Assembly: GCA_965219415.1 (NCBI GenBank) | Contig: CBDCNP010000002.1 | Coordinates: 1,472,001-1,536,000 of the forward strand | Origin: Candidatus Marinacidobacterales bacterium | GTDB taxonomy: Bacteria; Acidobacteriota; Vicinamibacteria; Marinacidobacterales; DATDRI01 | Reading direction: 5' to 3' | Length of the DNA: 64,000 nucleotides | In this document: one piece after another, positions 40,058-49,724 of the stretch | How the letters are laid out: each line of letters starts with the position of its first letter | Numbering within the stretch: position 1 is the first letter of the stretch | The notes under the pieces: model-generated | What the model saw: the letters and a program-made list of their open reading frames with translations, nothing else | What the model was told of the DNA's origin: nothing | Databases searched by the model: none | Position numbers and translations under genes: made by a program

Positions 40058-42957
40058 ATGAGCCGAATCCTCTCTCTTTACGGGAACTTGGGCAAAGATC
40101 CCCTGTCGGTAATCGTCCGTGCTATCTATCTTGGCGGCAAGAGCGGTGTTCTCTATCTTTCTAACAAGAATGTATCCAAGCGAATCTATTTCAACAAAGG
40201 ATCGATAGTCTTTGCCGGCTCAGACGATGACGAGGACCGACTCGGCGAGGTTCTAATACGCGAAGGAAAGATCAAACGCAGCGATCTCGAGTTCGCTTGG
40301 CAGGTCATGAAGCAGACTGGGCAGAGTCTCGAGGAGACCCTTGTTGAGATGGAGTTCATGTCGCCGCAAGAGATCGACGCTCAGGGCGTCCGGCGCACCA
40401 AACACATTATCTACTCCTCGTTCGGCTGGGTATCCGGGAAGAATCCGGTTGCCGAAGACGTGGCGCTGAACCTCTCTCCGGTCGATGTCATCTTAGAAGG
40501 CATCCGAAGCATCGAGGATACAGACACCATCCAAAACTTGCTCGGTGATCTGAAGGGAATCATCAGCAAACCGGACGTTGCGGCCCTGCCCTTCGAAGAA
40601 AATGCACTCTCTACTCAAGAGCGCGTCGTCCTCGATCTCGCAACAAGTCGCGCCGACGGCTCATCCACCGTTTCCGATCTGGCCGAGATCTCTCCCTTGG
40701 GTGCGGAGGAATCCCTCCGGTTGTCTTTGCAGCTTGGTTTCGGTCGGAGCACTGGCCATTGAGAACCCGGCCACGGCAGAGCCGGCTAAAGAAGATGCCG
40801 GGAGTGACCCTGCCATCGTAGCCGCCACAGCCAACAATTTGCCTCAACGGCTAGGTAGATACGAGATCCAAGAGCTCTTGGGACGCGGCTCCATGGGCGC
40901 GGTTTTCCTGGCAAGGGATCCCGCGATCGAGCGCGTTGTGGCCATCAAACTGATCCAAACGGCGACATTCTTGACCGCTCGGGAGCAGGAACGATACAGG
41001 AACCGTTTTCGTCGTGAAGCGAAAGCCGCCGGGAAGCTCATTCACCCGGGCATCGTAACCGTCTTCGATGTGGGGCATGCAGACCAGGAAAGCCCGTTCA
41101 TCGTCATGGAGTATGCGGAAGGACCCACCCTGGCTGCCCTCACCCAGGAAAAAGAGCTCGCGGTAGAAGAAACGATTCAGGTCGCCAACGAAATTCTCGA
41201 CGCGCTGGGCTACGCACATTCCTTTGGAATCGTGCATCGGGACATCAAACCGGCAAACATCCTCGTGACTCCGGGCCTACATCCGAAAATCATGGATTTT
41301 GGCATTGCCCATGTCGTGGGTACGCAATTGACACCCACCGAGCACAGTCTCGGAAGCCCGAACTACATGGCACCCGAGCAGCTTTCGAGAGGGACCATCG
41401 ATCAGCGAACCGATCTCTTCGCCTTCGGCGTCGTGATCTACCGTTTGCTTACCGGCAAGCTTCCGTTTACCGGCGACTCCTTCGCCGCCGCCGCCCCAAG
41501 CGATTCTCACAGAGAATCCGGCGTCACCGGAGAGCATCAATCCGAACGTTTCCCCCGCACTCGGCGAGATCGTCTTGCGCTGCCTAGCCAAGGATCCCGC
41601 GGACCGATTCGCCAGTGCCGAAGAGACCAAACAGGCTCTGGACTCCCATGCTTTAGGCCTCCCGATGCCGAACCTGGTGACGGCCCAAGCCCCTCCGGAA
41701 ACCGCCCAAACGCCGACCGAAGGACCAGCCGGTGAAGTACGAACCGATACCGATCTTCACGACGGTGCGGCAATGGACGATTCGGGAGTTACCCGACCGC
41801 TCGAAGGTGTGGTGCCTCCGGTCGAACACAAAGGCAAATATCTTGCACCGAAGCGACTCCTCTACGCTGCGATCGGCGCACCTGTCCTCGTAGCAGCCAT
41901 CGTGCTCCTCTTGGTTCTTCCGAGGTCGAGCATGCGCGGCGAAGAGCCACCGCCACAAGTTAATAACTCCGCAGAGCAAGTCGAACTTCATAGGACTGAC
42001 CATCGGGCCAAGCTCTATGCGGCAACTGCCTATGAGGAACTAGATGATAGCGAGCTCTTCTTCGCGGCCAACGAGGACCCTCGATTACGGAGCCGCCGAG
42101 GACGCCAAGCCGAAGTTAGAAGAGCTGCTCCGAAGGGATCCTGAATTTGCAGGTGCCGCTGATTTGCTGGCCAAGGCCGAGCGAAACCTGCGGCTTGGTA
42201 TAGAGACGGTGGAAATGGTGGACGGCGAGGACGTACGAGTCCCGGATGAGACCCGTCCCCCGGTCGCCCTCACCGACGCACAGCTCTACCGCGAGGCCAA
42301 ACAGGCGCTCGAGCGGGGAGACCGCGAGACCAGCAAAGCCAGGCTGGAGGACCTTCTCGAGAGGAACCCCAATTTTGCCGGAGCCCGTGAGCTGATGGCA
42401 CAAGCCCGTGGCGACGCGCCAATCATCCAGAGAAAACCACCTCAACCGCTCGCACTCACGGAGCCACAGCTTTTCTACGAAGCGACCCCGGCACGGGAAA
42501 ACGGAGACTTCGAGACGAGCCGGGCTAGGCTGGAAGAGCTAGTTCGAAGGAATCCGACGTTCACCGGCGCGTCCGAATTGCTCACCGAAGTGGCGACGAG
42601 CTTTGGAAGAAAAACCTGCCCGCTTCCTTCGAAGCGAGGCACCGCCACCGCATTGGCGGCTGCACGGGCTCCCTGAGCCTCCAGGCCGGCTCGATTCGTT
42701 TTCGCTCCGATGCGCACGAATGGGTGTGGGAGCTCCCCGCGATTCGTGTGATGGAAAGAACGGACTCCAAGAACGTCATTGTCGAGACATTCGAAAAGGA
42801 CGTCCTCGGAATGGGTAAGCCCAAACGTTACAGATTCACACTCAGTCGGCCGATGGGTCCAGAAACCTGGAGCCGGTACGAGAGAATAGCGAGACGAGCA
42901 ACGCTCTCAAACGGGTCCGAAGAATCCGCGGGCCAGGCCGGAAGCCGACCCCAGTGA
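40058..42957 (+). CDS. DUF4388 - Ser/Thr kinase - TM - helical repeats - small beta domain (several indels)
   Basis: KSGVLYL..KRIYFNKG..DRLGEVL; GRYEIQELLGRGSMG, HRDIKPAN, DFG; TM helix; three repeats; joined from five track ORFs. Confidence 0.75.
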
Positions 42958-42970
42958 TTCTCGGACCCCG

Positions 42971-43028
42971 TTAGTAATCAGTCAACAGTTGTCAGTACTC
43001 TCGCCGTTCACTGGTTACTGATCACTAA
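42971..43028. repeat. Heptamer-periodic imperfect inverted repeat between convergent genes
   Basis: ttagtaatcagtcaacagt ... actggttactgatcactaa (16/19 complementary). Confidence 0.6.
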
Positions 43029-45650
43029 TCAGCGATTTGCAGCTTCGTTACCGCTTGCGGTTCAGCTTGTTCAGCTTTCTCTTCCACTTCTTCCCTATCG
43101 CTCTCCGGAGTCACCTCTTCGGGCTCGGGCGCCAATCCCATCGGGGAGTCCGCGGGTTCCTCTAGCACTGAGTCTGGCTCTAGCGAGGGAGCAGCAGGTT
43201 CCGGTCGCGAGGTCGCAATCTGCCGAATCTGAGCTTCGGGATCTCCTGCGAACTTCCTCAATGCATGCTTCGCCCAGGGATGACGTATCTGTGCCAAGGC
43301 CAATGCCGCGGTCGCGCGCACCTGCGGGGGCCACCATCGCGCCAGCCCCAGCCGGCGGCGCCGCCCAAGGGCCTTCACTAAGGCCTCGACCGAAGCTGGA
43401 TCTCCGATTTGGCCGAGAGCTTGACAACAAACGATCGCTAGCTCAGGATCCCGGATCTTGCCGAGAATCTTTGCGACCGCCTTGGCAGCGGTGACCGATC
43501 CCATCTGTGCCAAGCTGCGAATCGTCCCCTTGACCACGGCCAAGTCCTCGCTATGGGCGAACGGGAGCACGACTTCGATAATCTCATCCTCCTTCATGCG
43601 TTCCGCGAGGCGAAACGCGGCGCGACAGATCTTGGGATTTGCGTCTCCGAGGCTGTAGGTTACTTCCGTCTTGAGATTCCGCGTGACGAGATCGACGACC
43701 TCGAGAATGCGAAACCTCTGCTCCACCGTGATCTCTAGTGCCAGGGCTCGCTTCAGTTCACGCCCGCCGGCCGGACCCACATCGGCAAGCATGCGCGCCG
43801 CCAGTTGGCGTACACGAAGGCTCTTCTCCTGCTTGATGATCTCGATCGATATCGGGATGCCGTGCTCACCCAAAACCCCCAAAAACTCCGCTGCCCGCCG
43901 GTGGCGGCTTACCGCATCCGAGCAAAGATCTTCCTGCACGATGGAGCACGCATGCACGTCGACATCCAGGCGGAGCAGATCGTCGAGCACACTTACCAGG
44001 GCGGGCTCTTCTTCACGCAGCCTCTTTCGACGCTCTCTGATGCACTGCACGACCGAGCCCGCCAGCTGGTAGTCGCCGATCTGGACACTTTCCATCGATA
44101 TCTGGTTCAGCACTGCGATGAGCAGCGGCAAGATCTTGGGATCTTGCTCTGAGCGCAGACACTCGAGAAGGACTTGTAGAGACGCTTCCGCGAGCTGACT
44201 GCGCTTGGCAAGATTGACGTGCTCGAAGGCGAGAGAGACTGCTTGGATGGTGCGCTCTCTTTGCTCGATGTGTCGCGACGCGTAATCCTCGAACAGTCGG
44301 CCGACGAGAAGCGGAAAAGCGTCCGAATGGCGTTCCTCGAGGAGCTTCCAAACAAGGACCGGAAAATCCTTCTGGAGCTGCTCGAGGGGAGCATTCGCTA
44401 TCGAGTCCTCGAGTTTGCTAGCGGTCTTTCTTGCTTCTGGCTCCTCTTCGCCGACATCACTTGCCGATTGGGGCTCCTCGGGCGAGGCCTGTTGCCGCCA
44501 GGCAAGCTCGTAACTGCTTTCATTGACGCTGACATGTGAGAGATCGTGTTGATCCACTAGGTCGTCCCAAGCGCTCTCGCTCTCGCTCCCGCTCCGCGCA
44601 CTGACTTGCCTTAGCGCATCGATGAACGACCGCACGTCTTGCTCGGACAGCTCGGCGCTGAACGAGATGGTATTGAGCTGCATCGCGTTGACGAAGGCGA
44701 GGAAGCTCTGGGCCAGCTCGGAGTAGTCGTGTGTGTTGACCTTGGCCCCGTTTACGATCAGGACATCGTCGGCGCACGCCAGGTTCAGGATCGCTCGCTT
44801 GTTGAGCACGGCTTCCAGAGCCTGGTAGAGCTCCTTCACGGCTCGGGTCACCGGTCGACTGTCAATGGGGTACAGACGGGCGTTTTTTGCGGCCCCGAGA
44901 AACGCGCGCAGGATGTTCGGTACCGTGGTCAGCTCCTCGTCTCGTAGCTCTTCCTCCGGACCGAATGGCGCTGGAGGGGGCGACCCCTTTCCGGTCCGTT
45001 TTGACTTCCCTTTCTTGGATTTTCGGACTTGGCGAACCGCCGAAGACGGCAATTGCTGGGGCTCGACGTGTTGAAGGTTCCTTTCTTTCCGCAGTTTCCG
45101 CCAGAACCTTCGCGCGATCTTCTTGGGCTCCAGCTCGGCGAGCGTCTGCAGCACGACATCCAGCTCCTCCTCCGGAACAACTCGACGGAATCGAATGGCA
45201 TCCAAGTCCGCCTCGTCCATCAGCTCGATGAAGGCCTTAGTGAGCGACCGATACTCTGCCTCCTTCAGGGGCTGATCGTTGACCCGAAGAGTGCGCTGGG
45301 TGCGGGAAAGTCGGATCACTGGGTTCTGGCCCCAGAAGCCGGTCCAGAACCTCCTTAACTTGACGTCGCGCGCGCGCAATCGCAGGACTCTCGGCAGGAT
45401 ACAACTTGAGACTACGCACCGCCGACAGCACGGAGCGAAGGAGGTCATGGACGACCGGCAGACTCTCCTCGTCCAGAGGCAGTTCCGTTTGGGCGTCGAG
45501 CTCCGGGAGCTCGCCTGAATAGTTGACGGCTTCCGCACCGTTGAACGTCGCTTCACCGTAGGCACGACGCATCTGTTCGTATCGCCGCGCCTTCTTCTGG
45601 TTCGCCGAACGCTGGAAGTACCCACGAATACTCCTACATCACCGATGGTC
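43025..45650 (-). CDS. HEAT-repeat protein with two tandem 'LYP' domains; 5'-truncated, indels
   Basis: KLYPAESP and RLYPIDSR domains; C-terminal HEAT repeats (CQALGQIG, VRATAALAL). Confidence 0.7.
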
Positions 45651-45655
45651 TGGAG

Positions 45656-46083
45656 TTGGCGTACCCCCACCTGCTAGGCCGATTTCAGGAAGTTTTCGAC
45701 GTGGCGGACTACTACGGGATCGGCCGCCCGACCATCGTAATTACCGAATTCGGCTGGACCTTGAACGACATTCCAAGCGTCGACCAGTCTATGAGCGTGG
45801 ACTTGCCGTGGGCGGCAGAACTCTATGCACCGCATCACGAGATCCAGGGGGCGGCCCATTTGGTATCTGGGTGGGGGTTGGGGCGGAATCGACAAAGAGG
45901 TGCAACGGCTCATCGGTCCCATCACAGATTACGCGACCCACAACTACTTCGTGCTCGGCCCTGCCACCGGCTCGTCTTCGAGCATTCTGCCTCCGCCTCC
46001 GCCAACTCCGGCTCCTGTCATTGCCGGAGAAGCGGGCTCGGTGACCAAGTCCAGTTGAAGGCGGCGAGCGGTTGTATCGATAA
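45656..46083 (+). pseudogene. C-terminal fragment of a TIM-barrel glycoside hydrolase-like protein
   Basis: IVITEFGW (clan GH-A nucleophile-like), IWYLGGGW, Pro-rich tail. Confidence 0.5.
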
Positions 46084-46089
46084 CTCCCG

Positions 46090-47081
46090 GGACGGTGCCG
46101 GTAACGTCATTTCTCAAAGTCCCGCTGAACCAAACCAGATAATCACCGGCACCCGGGGTGATCGACATGCCCGTCAACGCCTCGTAGGAACCCGTACCGG
46201 TCGTCGTTGCCGGACCGATAGAACTCACCTCTGTCGTATCGCTACCGCCAGACTCACCACCATCGTCGTTGCGCCATCGGTAATGTCCTTGCGTAAGGTT
46301 CGGGGACCCGCCTCCCGGTTTGATGCTGACTCCGATAATCGCCCAGTCACTCGGACCGCCTGACGCTACGTCGTTGTCTGCGCCCAGCGTCACCGTGCCG
46401 GCGGGAGTCACCGGCTCGTACCACGTCGAGAGGCGCGTCGAATCTCCGCTGCTGCCCCCCAAGTTGTTCATCTGGATGCTCGTTTCGCCCGCGTCCGGGG
46501 GATCGTTCATTGTCTGGACACGGTGCCAGGCTGCCGCGAAGGCCCAGGCGTTGTCGGTGACGGTCGTAACGTCGACTTTGATGTTGTCACTATCGGATGC
46601 CGGGCCGGGATCGTTGGCGGTCGCCTCGATCGCCCCGGAGCCGTTGGTACCGCTCGTGTCAACACCAGAAAACCTGGTTGCGACGACCGATGCCGGCAAA
46701 CTATTACCCGTGAGCGTCACGGTGATCGAGTCCCGTCGTCGGGGATGCACCCATCGCGCGGAGTAACGTGATGCCTCCCTGGCTCTGGGTATTGTCGACA
46801 TCCAGGATGGTAACGAAGGTGAGACCATTGCCGGATGCGGAGACACTCACTGTCTCGTCTCGGACGGCCACCGCTAGCAGGATCAGCTCATTGGATCCAG
46901 GAGTCCAAGACGGAAGGGTGACATTGCCGGTTAGCGCGGTGCCGGTTACCGTTTCTTCGGCGGCGATTGCGGCATGAAGTAAGGAGCCGGAGGCGCAGAG
47001 TCCGAGAACGATCAGCGATGCAAGAGCCCGCCCGAGAGTGTCGATTCTCAAAGGCAATCGCTTCACGACCGGACGCTGCAC
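46090..47081 (-). pseudogene. N-terminal part of a large secreted Ser/Thr/Gly-rich surface protein, 3'-truncated
   Basis: SD GGAGGT, GTG at 47081, signal peptide, beta-rich domains, LTQGHYRWRNDDG; indel near 46730. Confidence 0.6.
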
Positions 47082-47110
47082 AGACAGACCTCCCCCACGA
47101 CCTTCCTGCG

Positions 47111-47127
47111 AGCAAGATGCATGCCGA
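47111..47127 (-). promoter_or_regulatory. Sigma54 promoter of the secreted protein gene
   Basis: Minus-strand TCGGCATGCATCTTGCT with GG-N10-GC spacing, 30 bp upstream of the start. Confidence 0.7.
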
Positions 47128-47341
47128 TTTACGTAATTGTAGAGCCTGTAACCGGTTGACAAATAGAGGCTTATCTACGTAGTTAAAGGGTTGTTTTGGC
47201 AGAACTGAGGGGATCTGGCTACGAATCTGCAGGTACACCCCATAGTCGTCGGGAAACGGCCTCAGGTGCCAACGACTAGTTAGGTAAGGATTTAACTTAG
47301 CGTGAGGGCTGGATCCCCCAGAGGGTCCAGACGGGACGGCT

Positions 47342-48708
47342 GGATCCGTCCCGCTTCCCGTGGAAATAAGAATGGCGTAACCTCTGGTTAAGCAAAACGA
47401 AACCACGCCTGTAAAGGCGAGGAGGAGGATTGCGCCATGAAGAAGCCTACCACCATATTGAAGGAGTCTGTAAGCGAGTACCGGGAGTTCGTCCAACTTC
47501 GGCTGCGTATGCGGGTACTGGAGGCGATCGAGGTTGTGCTTGAGGAAGAAGTCGACCAAGCGCTGGGGTGTTGTAGCTACGAGCGTGCGGAAGACCGCCG
47601 TGGATATCGCAACGGAGCCGAAACCCGTCGCGTGACGACGTCGGTGGGAACTCGCGAACTCCGGGTGCCACGAGCCCGCGTGCGAGACGAGGAAACGGGA
47701 GAAACGACAGAGTTCAGGAGCGAGCTGTTGCCCCGGTACGCGCGCCGGACTCGTGAGGTCGACGAGGCGCTCTTGGGGACGTACTTGTCGGGCGCGAATA
47801 GCCGCCGGATCCGCAAAGCGCTGAAACCACTGCTCGGTGAGGAGCACCTATCGAAGAGCGCGGTGTCTCGCGTGGTTAGCCGGCTGAAGGAGCGCTTCGA
47901 GGAATGGCAGAACCGTGCTCTCAGCGAGGAGGTCTACGCGATCGTTTACCTGGACGGCTTCCACCTGAAAGTGCGGATGGCGAAACGTGTGATCAGCGTA
48001 CCCGTACTGGCCGCGCTCGGGGTCGCGCCAGACGGGCACAAACGTCTGTTGTCATTGCGTCTGGCGGTGAGCGAAGCCTCGACGCATCGGGGCTCCGTGC
48101 TGGAGGGACTCCAGGCTCGAGGACTCCGGGCTCCCAAGCTAGTGATCAGCGACGGCCACAAGGGGCTGACGAAAGCGCTGGAGAAGTGGCCGGGGTGCCG
48201 GTTGCAGCGATGTACCGAGCACAAGCGCGCCAACTTGCTCCAACATTGCCCGGCGCACGCACGCCGTGAGCTCCGGCGTGACTACAACCGGATCGTCTAC
48301 GCCAAGAACGGGATCGATGCTCGCAAAGCCTATGACGAGCTCGTCGCCAAGTGGACGCCTCTCGCGCCGGCCGTCGTCCGAAGCCTAGAGGAGGCCGGTA
48401 ATCAGCTGCTGACCTTCTACGAATTCCCTCGTGCCATGTGGAAATCGTTTCGAACGACCAAAGCTCTGGAGAATCTCAACCGCGAGTTTCGACGCCGGAC
48501 GAAAACCCAAGCGTCGTTCTCCAGCGAGGAGTCTGCGGTCGCTTTGCTGTTTGGGCTTATCGCCTCTGGCCAGATTCAACTACGACGCATCGACGGCTAC
48601 CAACGTCTGAGCGAGGTTCTCGAACACGCGGAGGTTGCCGCCTGATATGATACTCTGATGACGGAGTGGAGGGTGCCGTTCTTTTTCCACGGACCTCGGG
48701 GCACATCC
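47342..48708 (+). mobile_element. IS256-family insertion sequence, complete
   Basis: IRs ggatccgtcccgcttcccgtggaaataagaatggc / ggatgtgccccgaggtccgtggaaaaagaacggc; perfect 8-bp TSD GGACGGCT at 47334-41 and 48709-16. Confidence 0.95.
47437..48645 (+). CDS. IS256-family transposase
   Basis: GYRNG, RVPR, YLDG, SDGHKGL, QRCTEH, LENLNREFRRRT. Confidence 0.96.
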   Translation: MKKPTTILKESVSEYREFVQLRLRMRVLEAIEVVLEEEVDQALGCCSYERAEDRRGYRNGAETRRVTTSVGTRELRVPRARVRDEETGETTEFRSELLPRYARRTREVDEALLGTYLSGANSRRIRKALKPLLGEEHLSKSAVSRVVSRLKERFEEWQNRALSEEVYAIVYLDGFHLKVRMAKRVISVPVLAALGVAPDGHKRLLSLRLAVSEASTHRGSVLEGLQARGLRAPKLVISDGHKGLTKALEKWPGCRLQRCTEHKRANLLQHCPAHARRELRRDYNRIVYAKNGIDARKAYDELVAKWTPLAPAVVRSLEEAGNQLLTFYEFPRAMWKSFRTTKALENLNREFRRRTKTQASFSSEESAVALLFGLIASGQIQLRRIDGYQRLSEVLEHAEVAA

Positions 48709-48765
48709 GGACGGCTCCGTAACTTTGACTTCTCAAGAGCCGGCGGCTAGGATTTCGGCACCCTC

Positions 48766-49722
48766 ATGGCGGAAACTCTCTTCGTTCATCCTGGAAAGCT
48801 CCACTATTTGGTTCGCGAGATCTTTAAACGACTTCGGGTTCCGCCCAAGGATGCCTCGACGATCGCAGAAGCGGTGGTGGCCGCCGATCTTGCGGGCGTA
48901 GAAAGTCTAGGGGTAGCGCGAATCCCCTTCTACGCCGATCGTCTCTCGGCGCGTTTGGTGAACCCGACTCCCGAAATCAAGATCGTTCAGGAAACCGCGG
49001 CCGCGGCAACCATCGATGGTGACAACGGTCCCGGACCGGTCGTGGCGGCAAAAGCCATGGAGCTAGCCGTCAGGAAGGCCTCAAGAAATGGCGTGGCTAC
49101 GGTTGCCGTCAGGAAGAGCAATCAGCTGGGCATGTTGAGGTATTACGCGCGCATGGCATTTCCGGAGAAGATGGTGGGGATAGTAATGACCAACGACGTC
49201 CCCGCGGTAGCCCCACCCGATGGTTCTACGCCGTTCCACGGTGTAAACCCAGCGGCGATCGCCATCCCAACGAACGAAGACAGCAGTCCGTTCGTTCTCG
49301 ATTTCACGACCCGCGAAGTCGATGCGGGACGGCAGCAGGACGAGATGGGGCTAACCGTCGAGATCCTGTGTGGCATCCTGTCGGGAGGATCCTTCGGCCC
49401 CGAGCTCTCCGGTGCTAAAGGAGACCGCTCGGAGGCTGCACACATCGGCCACCTCTTCGCAGCAATTCAGATCGAAGCCTTTGGTCCCTGGCTGCGCTTT
49501 CGCAACCGGATCGGCGAGTTGCTCAAGAAGTTGAAGGCATCATCCGGCTCGAGCGAAGCGCGTATCTACTATCCGGGCGAACCAGAGTACGAGGCCGAGG
49601 AAGAGCGAAGGGCCAACGGTATTCCGATACCGGCTCCGGTCGCGTCCCGCCTCGAGGGTGTTGCCCGAGGGCTAGGCCTACGGGACGCGTGGGAACAACT
49701 GCTGGCGACCCGGAAGCAATAG
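48766..49722 (+). CDS. Ldh_2 (malate/L-lactate/ureidoglycolate dehydrogenase) family protein, atypical
   Basis: ADLAGVESLG, IDGDNGPG, NPAAIAIP, YYPGEPE. Confidence 0.8.
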   Translation: MAETLFVHPGKLHYLVREIFKRLRVPPKDASTIAEAVVAADLAGVESLGVARIPFYADRLSARLVNPTPEIKIVQETAAAATIDGDNGPGPVVAAKAMELAVRKASRNGVATVAVRKSNQLGMLRYYARMAFPEKMVGIVMTNDVPAVAPPDGSTPFHGVNPAAIAIPTNEDSSPFVLDFTTREVDAGRQQDEMGLTVEILCGILSGGSFGPELSGAKGDRSEAAHIGHLFAAIQIEAFGPWLRFRNRIGELLKKLKASSGSSEARIYYPGEPEYEAEEERRANGIPIPAPVASRLEGVARGLGLRDAWEQLLATRKQ

Positions 49723-49724
49723 AA

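Noticed and set aside
2620-46110. Shared recombination site at the mid-gene junctions (shufflon-like system)
   Set aside because: No common motif was found by eye and no site-specific recombinase is encoded in the window
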